Shown here piece by piece: positions 1 to 11,000 of a stretch of DNA of 64,000 nucleotides; position 1 is the first letter of the stretch, and each line of letters opens with the position of its first letter. A program made the translations under genes and the position numbers. The stretch is from IMG/VR virus record IMGVR_UViG_3300023178_000035; one strand, 5' to 3'. The notes under the pieces are model-generated. The model saw nothing but the letters and a program-made list of their open reading frames with translations. It was not told the DNA's origin and made no database searches. Origin of the DNA: a virus.

Positions 1-1
1 T

Positions 2-181
2 ATCTACTTCTTTAAAAATAACCTTATCGAACACTTCTGCACCAACAAAATCTGTAGCGTCAGTAACAATACTTACTGGTAAGTGCATGTATTCTTTTAC
101 ACGTTTTGCGCAGAAAACTGCTTGTGCTACATAGTCAACAACATTGTTATTATGGGCAAATAATAAAACACCGTTAGACAC
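2..181 (-). CDS. 5' part of a putative glycosyltransferase (GT-A-like), runs off the window edge
   Basis: Not in the ORF track. Manual translation from GTG at 181-179, overlapping the upstream stop, gives MSNGVLLFAHNNNVVDYVAQAVFCAKRVKEYMHLPVSIVTD. This resembles the N-terminus of nucleotide-sugar transferases (xGxLLFA..N...DY...A...P(V/I)SIVTD). Confidence 0.5.
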   Translation of the reverse strand, partial: MSNGVLLFAHNNNVVDYVAQAVFCAKRVKEYMHLPVSIVTDATDFVGAEVFDKVIFKEVD

Positions 182-497
182 TGTTATCCCTTATAGTTTT
201 AGATATTTCTGTATATCGCGAGTGATACTTAGCAATTGCAGTTTGATATTGCGAAATAATCTTGGTTATAAAGTCTTCTGTATCGGTAATCTCTATAGGA
301 ATGTTATTTTGGTCAAGTATAAGCTTTGGATCACTTCCTGTAATAAAACTAATTAATTGAGCATCTGCAACAAACCGACCGCCATTGTAGTATAGAGTAG
401 AATCTTCTATGTACTGATCATATAAAAGTTTTTTGTGCCTGTTAACAGTATCTAGTAATTTACCTACTTCTAGGGCATTCAAAAGTTTTTCGTCCAT
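174..497 (-). CDS. Small hypothetical protein, possibly a tail-fibre assembly chaperone
   Basis: 107-aa ORF directly downstream of the fibre-like genes on the same strand. Function is inferred from position only. Confidence 0.45.
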   Translation of the reverse strand: MDEKLLNALEVGKLLDTVNRHKKLLYDQYIEDSTLYYNGGRFVADAQLISFITGSDPKLILDQNNIPIEITDTEDFITKIISQYQTAIAKYHSRYTEISKTIRDNSV

Positions 498-536
498 ACT
501 ATTAATTATACAGACTTTTACTGTAGTGTCAAGAAA

Positions 537-1484
537 TTATGTCCAGCCTCCCGAAGTAAATGTAGGCACTGCTACACTAACAACGTTACTGTTGGGTGTA
601 AGCACTGTTAAAGTACCTGTAACATCTACTGTAACATCCTCGTCTTCTGCTGGTCCTGTGCCTGTTTGGTCACCTGTGTCCGCATCAACAACTTGTAACT
701 GAAATGTCATTTGTGTGTCACTTACGTGATATGCTCTTACTCTTATATAGTTTTCGTCATACTGCGAATAAGCTGGATTAACATCCGCTAAATCCATTTT
801 AATTATTGTACGAATAGTGCTAGCATCAGAATTGCCAAGCAAGTAATAAAAGTCTCTAGTATCATACACTGTTGAAGCAGGACCATCTGTACTAACAATA
901 TAACCTGTTAAGTTAGCAGTGCCAAATCCGTTAAGAGCACCTAACCAGTCTTGATCCTTGTTTCCAGCGCCTGCGTTTGCTCCGCCAAACGAGAATCTAA
1001 ATATTCCGCCTGCGTTCCAAAATTGGAGCTTATGTGTTTTGCTAGTCCAAGCTGCTGTTATTGACAGTGTCTTTGTGCCGTTCCACGTTGGCGTTAGCGT
1101 TGCTGTTAATCCTGTTGAGCTTGACAAATGTGTGCTGTGAGCGTTGAATCTATTAATATAATTAAAATCACTAATAGTTTCCATGTTATTATACTGACTT
1201 GCTGTAATATCATCACCAGCTGACAAAACAGCTATAGCAGGAGATGTTGAAGTAGAATTTGTAATATGATCGTGAGCATTTATAATGTCAGTTCTTATAT
1301 TATTCCAATCAGCAGCAGTGACTTTATCACCTACTACACGAGATAAAGCAGAACCAGTAATGTTCCAGCCATACGCTGTTGTATCATCTGTAACATCGGC
1401 AGGAGCACCTCTTACTTGTGTAACTTTTACATATAAAGCGTTGTATTCCGCTTGTCCAATTTTATCACCTGCACTTTTAGCCAT
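537..1484 (-). CDS. Virion structural protein (fibre/baseplate-associated), paralog of 1494..2453
   Basis: 315 aa, T/S/G-rich. Three N-terminal G-x-x-(I/V)-x-A-x-x-(Y/W)-N repeats. The C-terminal YSxYDENY..(I/V) motif is shared with the neighbouring gene. Confidence 0.7.
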   Translation of the reverse strand: MAKSAGDKIGQAEYNALYVKVTQVRGAPADVTDDTTAYGWNITGSALSRVVGDKVTAADWNNIRTDIINAHDHITNSTSTSPAIAVLSAGDDITASQYNNMETISDFNYINRFNAHSTHLSSSTGLTATLTPTWNGTKTLSITAAWTSKTHKLQFWNAGGIFRFSFGGANAGAGNKDQDWLGALNGFGTANLTGYIVSTDGPASTVYDTRDFYYLLGNSDASTIRTIIKMDLADVNPAYSQYDENYIRVRAYHVSDTQMTFQLQVVDADTGDQTGTGPAEDEDVTVDVTGTLTVLTPNSNVVSVAVPTFTSGGWT

Positions 1485-1493
1485 TTTGAATCC

Positions 1494-2453
1494 TTATGTA
1501 TAGTTAAATGTGTTAGTAGGTGTTTTCTCCGCAAAAGTTGGAATATCTAGTGCTACATTGGATCCAGATGCCGTAAACACTTGTACAGTACTTGTAATAT
1601 CAGTTTGTACATCAGAATCAATGCCAGGAAGTCCGTCATCAAGATCATTTACTACAACTTGGAATTCATATTGTGTGGTTGATCTTTTAATCACCTTAAT
1701 TTCATAAAAGTTTTCGTCATAACCACTGTAATCGTAATGATCTGCACCGCTAGTTGTATATACAGTTTGTGCTGTGTTCAAACTAAGTCCATCTATATAC
1801 CACCAGCCGTTATATGACGGACCGCTTTGCGATATAGATAAAGAACCACTACCGGTTTCTGTCATACTCAAGTTGTTTATTTCTATTACACCAACATTGT
1901 TTATGATAGTTTTCCAGTCGTTGCTTTTTCTATCTGATCCTGTGTAAGAAGCCGAAGCGCTAAACCGCAAAGTACCTCCGGCATTGATCCAGCCTTTTTT
2001 ATGATTTTCGTTATCCCATGTCATGGTAAATGCATGAACTTGTCCACCATTCCAGGCTGTTGTTAATGAACCAGTAGTTGCGTTAGACAAACTTCTTTGT
2101 GTAGCAGCTACAGTATTTCTGTTATTAATATTGATGTCTGCAATATTTTCAAAAGCATTGTAAGTTGCTGCATCAATAGTTTCGCCTACTGCTATTTCAT
2201 CTAAAGACGGTGCACTTCCAAAAATATGGAAATACGACTTTACTATGTCACTGCGAAGTTTATTCCAATCTGCTGCGGTAATATTTTCATTAGGTAGTCT
2301 AACAGGTGCCTCTGATGATTGGTTATAACCTGCTGTAGTGCCAATTGATCCTGTTGTCCATGATCCAGACGGTTCACCAAAAACCCTATCGGCTTTTGCT
2401 CGCAACGCTTCGTAGTCAGCTGCGGTAATATTTGATCCTGCTGTAACTGCCAT
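1494..2453 (-). CDS. Virion structural protein (fibre/baseplate-associated), paralog of 537..1484
   Basis: 319 aa. ITAADY/ITAADW repeats, W.NAGG.(L/F)RFS and YDEN(F/Y) motifs shared with 537..1484. Confidence 0.7.
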   Translation of the reverse strand: MAVTAGSNITAADYEALRAKADRVFGEPSGSWTTGSIGTTAGYNQSSEAPVRLPNENITAADWNKLRSDIVKSYFHIFGSAPSLDEIAVGETIDAATYNAFENIADININNRNTVAATQRSLSNATTGSLTTAWNGGQVHAFTMTWDNENHKKGWINAGGTLRFSASASYTGSDRKSNDWKTIINNVGVIEINNLSMTETGSGSLSISQSGPSYNGWWYIDGLSLNTAQTVYTTSGADHYDYSGYDENFYEIKVIKRSTTQYEFQVVVNDLDDGLPGIDSDVQTDITSTVQVFTASGSNVALDIPTFAEKTPTNTFNYT

Positions 2454-2459
2454 GTTTTA

Positions 2460-3953
2460 TTACACCATTAAGAAGCATTCAACGTACTTCTCGCCAGTAT
2501 TTAGTTCCGTTTCTAATGCTATGCCTACTAAATGATCTGCTTCGTCTGTAGATCCAGTTCCGTCTTCATGCGCATAAATCTTTTCGCCTTTTCTAACAGG
2601 ACCATCAACTAGCACAGGAACTCTTCCTTTAAGGGCAATAGCTTGACCATTTTCTAAATCACTGTTCATTAAATATGCTGGACTTTCTGATATCACACCC
2701 ATTGCCACAGGAGCACCTGGTTGATATGCTGTTGTCTCTGCATCGCCATGCGTTGCGATAGTCATTATTGTGCCTACTCTGTAATCGCCGTCTAAATCAG
2801 TAGTATACATTTCAGCTAAATCTGCATACCTAGCTTTAGTAGCTGTGCCTTGGAAAAGTGTAGCATTTAAGTTACCACTTGAATCTCTTACTGCAACAGT
2901 ATTTGCAGTGCCTGCTCCAGAACTATCAACACTAGCAACTCTGTCGTTGCCGCCTACTCTCATTGCACTTGCAACTTCTGACAATCCGTAAAAGTTTGCT
3001 GCATGCATATTTACAAATGCTCTTGATGCAGATCCGATATCAACACTTTCACCCGAGCCAGGTAAAATTTCTCCTGCTTTTACTTCTAATACATCTGTAC
3101 TACCAATTCTATGTACAGTTTTATCACCTTGATCGTTAGATATTACAGCTTCGTTACCGTTTTCTACAAGTAACTTTAAATCTTGTCCTGCACCTACAAA
3201 TAAACCTGTATCATTGCCTATAGACACAGGTTGGGTAAGTGCTGTAGTTTGCCCTTCTACTTCGCGAATAAATGCTGATGCTAAAAATCCACCTAGCATT
3301 TCTGAATTTCTAGCAGTACCAAAGAATCTATGATCGCTTGTAGTTACACCATTTGTACTTGATTGCGTGTTTCTTTGTGTAACTCCTGGTTTTACAACAT
3401 CAAAGTTTGGAATTGCATTGTTTTCTGCTGTTTGATCAATTGTATATTCTGCATCATCGCTGAATATATAAACAATAACATCATTAATGATTGCAACAAT
3501 AGCTTTATGTAGTGTACCACCTGTATCTTTAATCAAACGACTTTGCATTTGTGTTACACCACTACCTGCATCCTGCGGACCTACAAGTATAAATTCACTA
3601 CCAGTATATACATGTAATTGCAGATCGTCGCTATCCCACCATAAATCACCTTCGCTAAGACCAGCTGGCGCAGTGGTTGCTACTTCAGTGCCGCCTGTAT
3701 TGCGCCAACGTGTACCGTTCCAATACTTAATTTTACCGTTACTAGAATCATACCAAATTTGTCCAGTAAGCGCTCTAGGTGGCTGATTACTACCTGCAAA
3801 ATTTTCTAATAAAAATACAAAGTTTTCATTTTGTATCTCACCATAGCCTGCATAGTTTCTACCTACTAGTTTCAAATCAGTTGACTGATCAATAGTACCG
3901 TCTTCAACTACGGTTAATACATTGGTGTTATAATTGTTAATTGTATATGCCAT
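2460..3953 (-). CDS. Tail fibre protein with C-terminal intramolecular-chaperone (Peptidase_G2-like) domain
   Basis: N-terminal domain MAYTIN...GRNYAGYGE..NENF..LLENFA...P....GQIWYD is shared with the next two genes. The C-terminal ATKARYADLAEMY...GVISESPAYLMN...ALKGRVPV.V.G.V.KG matches autocleaving chaperone domains of phage fibres. Confidence 0.75.
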   Translation of the reverse strand: MAYTINNYNTNVLTVVEDGTIDQSTDLKLVGRNYAGYGEIQNENFVFLLENFAGSNQPPRALTGQIWYDSSNGKIKYWNGTRWRNTGGTEVATTAPAGLSEGDLWWDSDDLQLHVYTGSEFILVGPQDAGSGVTQMQSRLIKDTGGTLHKAIVAIINDVIVYIFSDDAEYTIDQTAENNAIPNFDVVKPGVTQRNTQSSTNGVTTSDHRFFGTARNSEMLGGFLASAFIREVEGQTTALTQPVSIGNDTGLFVGAGQDLKLLVENGNEAVISNDQGDKTVHRIGSTDVLEVKAGEILPGSGESVDIGSASRAFVNMHAANFYGLSEVASAMRVGGNDRVASVDSSGAGTANTVAVRDSSGNLNATLFQGTATKARYADLAEMYTTDLDGDYRVGTIMTIATHGDAETTAYQPGAPVAMGVISESPAYLMNSDLENGQAIALKGRVPVLVDGPVRKGEKIYAHEDGTGSTDEADHLVGIALETELNTGEKYVECFLMV

Positions 3954-3978
3954 TATTGCTTAACCTCTCAAGTACTAG

Positions 3979-3985
3979 TATTTAT
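3979..3985 (-). promoter_or_regulatory. T4-type late promoter (ATAAATA)
   Basis: ATAAATA on the minus strand about 25 nt upstream of 3953, with a GAGG ribosome-binding site between. Confidence 0.6.
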
Positions 3986-4004
3986 CCGTATGGCTTAATT
4001 ATCT

Positions 4005-5336
4005 TTACCAGGTGCTAATAGCAACTCTTTTCCACGTGTCTGTAGCTATGCAAACATAAATGTAATTGCTATCCCATCTAATCTCACCTGTCTGCCCGGG
4101 ATCAGTAGCACTTCCTGGCGTTGAAGTATTGGTAATTCGAATACTTCCAGCTACAGATCCATTTTCTACAGTTAAATCGGATAGTAGTTTTACAGGTGGG
4201 TCAATAGTAATTTCAGAACTATCTTCTGAATCTATGTTAGTCACGCTTAGTGTACCAGCTACTGCTGCACTAGAGTACATTCTTACAAAAGGATTTATAA
4301 CTACTTCTGTACTGTCAGTAGTATCAATTTGATTTGCATATACTGTTCCACTAACTGTAACATCGCCGGTTACATCTAAAGCTGTACTAGGAGTATCTGT
4401 GAATATACCTATTCGTCTTTCACTAGAGTCGATTTTTATTGCATTTATTTTAGAACTACCTTCTGTAGTTCTTATAGCAAAATCACTATTTTGACGTTCT
4501 ATATCTATCACAGATATTTCTGTACCAGATGAGTCAACACGTAAAGTTGCATACGTAGCGTCTTGATATCCTACGCTAAGTCCTGATGTTCCTTTTACAA
4601 ATAAGCCAGACTCGATACGTTGATCTACTAAGGCATTTAATGAATTACGTTCTTCTACTTTTACAAAAGAACTAGGAGTAAAGCTATTTCCTAAACTGTC
4701 TGTTAAACTATTAGTGCCATTTGATGTACCTCTGTAGTTGTAATTTACAGTATCAACTGGATTAAAACCTATTTTAATTACAGTGCCGGCAGTCCATCCT
4801 GTGGGTGTTGTAGCTGTATTTGGTGTGAATTCAACACTACTCCAAATACCTTTCAAAACTCCTGCTATATATTGGCCTAATACTGTCCTTTGAACTCCTA
4901 CAGTATCTACTATATCAATACCTTCGGTGCCTGTTTTTCCTTGTGTCTTAGTATATGTAGGCCCAACTACAACATAACTTGTGCCATTATAAAATTTTAG
5001 CTGATCAGTGCCTGTATCAATAAAGATATCACCAGTATCTACGTTGGTTGCTACAGTTCCAACTATAGTACCGTTGGCGCTTACAAATGTTTCGCCATCA
5101 TAAACTTTTAGCCTATTTTGAGCAGCATCATACCAGAGTTGACCTTTTAGAGCATTTTCAGGCGCTGATGTTGACGAAAAGTTTTCTAGCATTTTTACTA
5201 GATTTTCGTTTAATGCCTCGCCGAACCCGGAGTAGTTTTTTCCTATAAGTGTGATATCAGTTGTAGTTGTATCCACTACTCCGTCATTTAAGTCAGTAAG
5301 TATACTACCGTCTGTTTTGTTAATTCTATAGGCCAT
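4005..5336 (-). CDS. Tail fibre-like protein
   Basis: Same N-terminal anchor domain as its neighbours. Two ~30-aa repeats (IDTTDSTEVVINP / IDSEDSSEITIDP). C-terminal GEIRWDSNYIYVCIATDTWKRVAISTW motif typical of phage fibre tips. Confidence 0.7.
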   Translation of the reverse strand: MAYRINKTDGSILTDLNDGVVDTTTTDITLIGKNYSGFGEALNENLVKMLENFSSTSAPENALKGQLWYDAAQNRLKVYDGETFVSANGTIVGTVATNVDTGDIFIDTGTDQLKFYNGTSYVVVGPTYTKTQGKTGTEGIDIVDTVGVQRTVLGQYIAGVLKGIWSSVEFTPNTATTPTGWTAGTVIKIGFNPVDTVNYNYRGTSNGTNSLTDSLGNSFTPSSFVKVEERNSLNALVDQRIESGLFVKGTSGLSVGYQDATYATLRVDSSGTEISVIDIERQNSDFAIRTTEGSSKINAIKIDSSERRIGIFTDTPSTALDVTGDVTVSGTVYANQIDTTDSTEVVINPFVRMYSSAAVAGTLSVTNIDSEDSSEITIDPPVKLLSDLTVENGSVAGSIRITNTSTPGSATDPGQTGEIRWDSNYIYVCIATDTWKRVAISTW

Positions 5337-7393
5337 TAATTAACTCCTGTGTAGATGATATAATTCATTGCAAGATATGGATTAGTAACATCAAGAGCTG
5401 CACCTAATGTTGTGCTGTTTACACCACCACTCGTAGGTATTTTTTCACTTGTAGCAGATCCTATTGTAAAGTCTGCTGACAATACCCCAGACGGTAATGA
5501 CGCTTCTTTTGTTTCTCTATGAGCAAAAAACTGTTGTCCTGTTTCTGATCTCATATCATGTTCGTGTTCTGGAAGATTAGTAACATCGATTGTTACTTCT
5601 TTTTCTCCTGCGACTTGTGCTAAAGTTGTAGCACCTGTAACTCTATTATCTGTAGATGACGGAGTAGTACTTCCCATGTTATATAAACCTAGTGGCAACC
5701 TACCACGCAAATCCGGTAGTGCAAATTTACCACTTGACGGTGTTGGATTATATGTATAACCTAAAATTGCAAATAGTGCACTATATACAGATGTTTCTAG
5801 TTCTTGCCCGTTACAAAACTTCCAGCCAGTTGGTTCAGTTGCGCCTGGCCAAATCATCATTCCGCCTACCGGGCTTAATCCGGGTATTGCGTTAAACAGG
5901 GTTGATCTAGAAATTTTTCTTAAACCAGTGTCTGTGCCGCTGTTTCTATCTATTATAAACGTATCACTATCTAGACTGTCTGACGCTAGTGTTTTTGTAG
6001 AAATTACTGTAGGAGAAATCGTTAGATCAAAAGTTTTTGTGCCGCCTTGGCCATCAAATGTATCCGATACTGTCTCTACGTCACCTGTATATGAAAATGT
6101 TGTAGAATTTACAAGTTTACTAGCAGAAGTTGCTGTGCCTGATACAGAGCCCGACACATTACCTTCTAAGTTACCTATAAATTTACTTGCATAAACATTT
6201 GCAAATCTTTTTACGCTATTCCCTATGTTACGTGTATTATCGCTGTCAGGTAAAATAATATCACTTTCTGAATCACCACTGGCTCTTGCATGAGTAGCAG
6301 GTAATGCTGCTAGATATTGATTACCAAATGTTGCAGATTCTTCAATAGTTGCTTTTCCACCAACATTAATATTTTGATTTATCCCAACACCGCCTGATGT
6401 GACTATAGCCCCTGTAGAAATACTTGTGCTAGATGTGGTATCTGTAATAGTTAATGCACCAGATGCTTTCACAGTGCCTACTACTTCTAATGCACTATCA
6501 GGCGCTACTGTGTTAACACCTACTCTTTTGTTACTACCTACTGATAACACTGTATTTGTATCACCGCTAGACTTTGTTTGCAAGTATATGTTACTTCCGT
6601 CAGTAGTATGCCTAAGTACACCGTTACCGCTTGCTAACGAAAGTGATACTTCTCTATTTCCGCCTAGTGTGATACCGTCATTATTCTGAATATTGAGTGG
6701 ACTAAAAGAAGTAGATTCTGTATCTCCTCTTAAAAAATTATTTGCAGTAACAGACTTATTTGACACAATAAGTGATTCTGCTTTTTCTGCGATTCCATAA
6801 TATTTTACTGTATCAGCTAAATTATATCCCGGCTTTAGAGTTTGTCCAGCAAACCCATTTATAAAAGTTTTTGGTACAAACGTGTCAAACGCAATTATTG
6901 CAACTACTTTTGCATTTACTTCCATCTGAATTACATTATAGCTTGCATCATCTGTACCTGTAATTTGTGTAACTTTTACACCTGTGGTCAATCCACTACT
7001 GTATTCAGGTCCAACTAACAGCCACTCAGATCCTGAAAACAAATAAAGCTGTTGTTTTGCTTTATCTACCCACAGGTCCCCTGTTACACTATTTGCAACA
7101 GCTGGTATAGTATCTGACTTTTGTAAGCCGCCTGCACTTGTAAATTTAGTACCATCGTAAACTTGTAACTGTTCATTTACATTATCATACCATAATTGCC
7201 CTTCGACAGGATTGTCTGGTTCTAATACATTTGCAAAATTTTCTAATAATTTGATTAAATCTTCAGCAATAACCTGTCCGTATCCTAGGGAATTTTTTCC
7301 AGGAATTTTAAGGCTAGTTTCGTTATTAATTGTATTATCTTCAACAGTTAATGCATTTTTTCCGCTATCTGAAAAGTTAATAGTATATGCCAT
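5336..7393 (-). CDS. Tail fibre with phage tail-collar domain (gp12-like short fibre)
   Basis: Shared N-terminal anchor domain. Tail-collar signature PVGGMMIWPG...PTGWKFCNGQ...LFAILG..Y....FALPDLRGR near the C-terminus, and H-x-H (EHEH) tip motif. Confidence 0.8.
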   Translation of the reverse strand: MAYTINFSDSGKNALTVEDNTINNETSLKIPGKNSLGYGQVIAEDLIKLLENFANVLEPDNPVEGQLWYDNVNEQLQVYDGTKFTSAGGLQKSDTIPAVANSVTGDLWVDKAKQQLYLFSGSEWLLVGPEYSSGLTTGVKVTQITGTDDASYNVIQMEVNAKVVAIIAFDTFVPKTFINGFAGQTLKPGYNLADTVKYYGIAEKAESLIVSNKSVTANNFLRGDTESTSFSPLNIQNNDGITLGGNREVSLSLASGNGVLRHTTDGSNIYLQTKSSGDTNTVLSVGSNKRVGVNTVAPDSALEVVGTVKASGALTITDTTSSTSISTGAIVTSGGVGINQNINVGGKATIEESATFGNQYLAALPATHARASGDSESDIILPDSDNTRNIGNSVKRFANVYASKFIGNLEGNVSGSVSGTATSASKLVNSTTFSYTGDVETVSDTFDGQGGTKTFDLTISPTVISTKTLASDSLDSDTFIIDRNSGTDTGLRKISRSTLFNAIPGLSPVGGMMIWPGATEPTGWKFCNGQELETSVYSALFAILGYTYNPTPSSGKFALPDLRGRLPLGLYNMGSTTPSSTDNRVTGATTLAQVAGEKEVTIDVTNLPEHEHDMRSETGQQFFAHRETKEASLPSGVLSADFTIGSATSEKIPTSGGVNSTTLGAALDVTNPYLAMNYIIYTGVN

Positions 7394-7395
7394 TT

Positions 7396-8007
7396 CTATT
7401 CCTCGTTAAATCCTGTTAAGCTTTGCACACGCACAGTATAATCAACTTGAATAAGTCTGTTTAAGCTTTTTTGTACTGGATGAAAAATAACATGTGTTAG
7501 CAATCTACCATTACCATCAGGGTCGTATGATCTAAGTCCTAGCTCATCAAAAATAAACGTGCCTTCTGTATTTGCAGAATTATCAAATGCGTCTTGCCCA
7601 GACGGTTCGCCGTAGTCTAATAAACATGATACTAGTACGTCGGTATAATTTGTTCCACTTACATGACGTGTTTCTATTTTGTTTCTAAATGGATCTGTGT
7701 TATTCGCACTGCGATCATCAACAATTTTTGCATACGTTTGATTATATAAACTTGCGTTTGTTCCTGTACTATTAGGAGTAAGATATGTAATAATACCAGT
7801 TGGATCGACACTAGTGCCGCCGTTACCAAATGCCATTTGATATATAAACCCACTGCCATTATTACCCAAACTCTCAGCTAAAGAAATACTCATGTTTTCA
7901 TAGTGAATTGCATTTCTTTTATTGATTATAACGTCGCCTGTATCAGGGTCACTTATTTTGATATGACCTTCAATAAGCACTCCGTTTAGATCGTTAAATG
8001 TGTTCAT
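7396..8007 (-). CDS. Conserved baseplate-region structural protein
   Basis: 203-aa beta-rich ORF between the giant wedge gene and the fibre genes, with its own late promoter and AGGA RBS. Confidence 0.6.
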   Translation of the reverse strand: MNTFNDLNGVLIEGHIKISDPDTGDVIINKRNAIHYENMSISLAESLGNNGSGFIYQMAFGNGGTSVDPTGIITYLTPNSTGTNASLYNQTYAKIVDDRSANNTDPFRNKIETRHVSGTNYTDVLVSCLLDYGEPSGQDAFDNSANTEGTFIFDELGLRSYDPDGNGRLLTHVIFHPVQKSLNRLIQVDYTVRVQSLTGFNEE

Positions 8008-8028
8008 TTTTTATATTCCTGTTAACTA

Positions 8029-8035
8029 TATTTAT
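8029..8035 (-). promoter_or_regulatory. T4-type late promoter (ATAAATA)
   Basis: Overlaps the stop codon of the giant gene, about 22 nt upstream of 8007, with AGGA RBS at 8017-8020. Confidence 0.55.
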
Positions 8036-11000
8036 CTGGGTAAATCAACTGTTGTCGATCGAAGGAACTTAGCAATATCAGTTTGGCTTTCTGACAATGT
8101 TTTACCTGCGTCACTCCAGGTCAAACCTTTCTTTCTAATTACTACTACTTTTACACTGTCAGCAGGCACGCTTGCTAATGTTAATGTTGTACCACTGTAA
8201 GAAAACTCTGCAGGCAATGTTACATCACCTTCTGGAGAATCCATTGCAATACTATCTACTACAGTTCCATTACCGTCAGTGTATTCAAATCTATAAGAGG
8301 ATATACTATTTTTGCGGAGTCTTTTACCACCAACAAATACTTCAAATTCGTTACTACTACTTGGAGTAAAGTCAAGCACAAACTCGTCAGCTGTTCCGTC
8401 GCCAGTATATACAGTAGTATACAACTCGTCTTTATAAGGAACATTATTTGCTCCCGAAACTTCAATACCAGATGTGCCTGCACTGTATATATCTTTAACT
8501 CCAGTACCCAAAGTGCCACGTCTCAACTGCGATAATTCGTTATCTGCTTTCACAAAATACTCAATTCGTTCGCCGTCTATCCAAATAACGCCTGGTGTCC
8601 CATCTGCGTCTGGCTCAGACAAAGCACTTGCATCATCTAGCACAATCTTTTTGTCGTACCACTTTAAATCATTACTTAATTTAAAAGCTTTGCTAGAATC
8701 TAAACTTTGATAATGAGTTCTATTCAAAATATCTTTAAATTGCTGCCAGCCAAAAGTATCACGCAAAGGGTCTGCTGCAAAATGCACCACTAAAAACTCA
8801 TCATTTAAACTAGGCTGACTTGCAAGTTCGATACTACTTCCGGTAGCATTGATGCTGTAGTCACCATTAGGAGTAAGTAGCTGCCCGTTTTTGCTAACCC
8901 AAACATACTGTGCATCTACAACTGCGGTATCTAGCAGTATACGGCCACGTTGTATATTTGTTAAAACATTATAGTCATTCGAAGTAGTATCAACACCGCT
9001 TCTATCCTTGACTGTAATACGCTGTCTATTGATGTTTCTATGATCGTGATTCGCAAATGTAATAACTTTTAACAATGTGCTTTCACTATACGTAGACGTA
9101 AATGTAATTGTATCTGAATCAATACCAAAATCGTTTCCAGTGTCAAAAGTTCCAAATGTATAATCTGCATTATGTCTTGTATATACTTCTAGTGTCTGCT
9201 TACCTGTTAGATCAAACACAGCACTTAAATGTATAGTACCAGTTTCTGGTGTCCATGTATAATCTTTATTAAATTCCAATACAGAATCATCAGCTACTAC
9301 ATAAAGACTATATCCAGGAATATTGTTTAAATCTATTTGTGAGTTGTTTAACACAAATGATCTTGTTGAATCGTCCATTGTAAACTTTTGTGCATAGCCT
9401 GGGTCAAGTAAAGTGTTGCCTGCTATGACTACTGTATTCCATTCTAAAGGATTTTTTACAGCAGGTTTATTTGATAGATCATAGCTTACAGAACTACCAT
9501 CTGCTGTAATGTTCTCTATGATTATCTTACTGTAATTGCTTGTATCTGCAGGCTTAAAGATAGCATACTGTACTACGTCATTGAACACAGCAGCTTCTGC
9601 TAAACTAATTACTGCACGACCGTCTTGGTTAACAATCTCATGATCTATGTCTGCGCCGTCTACTCTAGCAACACTCTGAAGATCGTCCTCATGACTTACT
9701 CCAGTTAATATATTGAGCGTACTTCCGTCGCTTGTAAATGTATCACTTTCTATTATGTTAGATCCTGCAAGTCCAAAGTCGTTAATTCTAATTACACTTC
9801 TAGCCGCGGGCGCAGTTACAAATTGTACAGTCTTTGTATCTACATCAACAGTGTAATCAGATGTTAAACGCTGTAAATTACCGTCAACACTCACTATAAC
9901 TTGAGTAATTTCATACAAATTAGCATCAATTGTAAAATCTGTTGTTGTACCGTTGCCGTAAAAAATATTGCTAGTAATATTGCTGTTACTACCCGATGGT
10001 CTTTCATACACTTTGATGTTAAGTGTGTCTAGTACTTGTCCCGGAACGTGTTCTTCTACACTTCCGCTTGTTATGTGTGATACAAAATTATCACCATCTA
10101 TAGTTATATCTTCAGACGAAATACCTCTAGCATTTCCATAAGCAAGATTACCGCCTGACAATTGTGTATCAATTGTGTTTGGATTTAATGCATAAGTGCC
10201 ATCACTAGAACTCTTTCTTATGATTAGTTTATCACTTGTATCATAATTTATTACTGCACCAGTATTGTTTCCATCACTTTGTATTGTCTGAAGCTTAAAA
10301 TCATCTAGGTACATTGTGGTTGTTACACCGTCGCCGACTAGTGTGCGCATGATAGCATTAGGATTGTCAATTGCAGTACTTCCATCGTAATTAGGATCAT
10401 CAATTCTAACTTGATTTAAGTATACATTATAGCTGGTGCCTAACTCTAATGGCTTTGACAGATTAATTTCTACCGTTGATTCATCAAACTGGAAAACTTC
10501 GTCTTCGTTAGTATCTGTATATGCATCCCATTCTGAAGTATACCAAGCATCGTTGTCCCATCCTTGTATTGTTTCAAAGCCTACTCCTTTTACTTCTACT
10601 CCGCCGTAGTCTACACCAACCATAAGTTGTGTTAAGTCTTTGCCTAATTGACCAGTAGCAGGAGTATAGTATGCATTAATTCGATCTGCTGCATTTAAAA
10701 TATCCAAAGACTTTTCGTATGCTATGGTAACTATTGTACCGTTAGATAATGCACTTGTAGTTGTAATTCTACCCTTAGATCTTTTATAAGATTTAGAAGT
10801 GTCAACAACATTTGAAAAACTATATTCACTTTTGCCTAGTTCAATACCATTTGCTTTAACACTAATTTTATCTCTAGTTAGTACAATTGGCCACTTTAAA
10901 TCGTACTCAAACTTACTACCGCTACTAGTAAATGTTTCCTCTACATTTATATCTGTAATTGTAAATGATCCTGCTGTTCTATCAAACTTCATAGCAGTTT

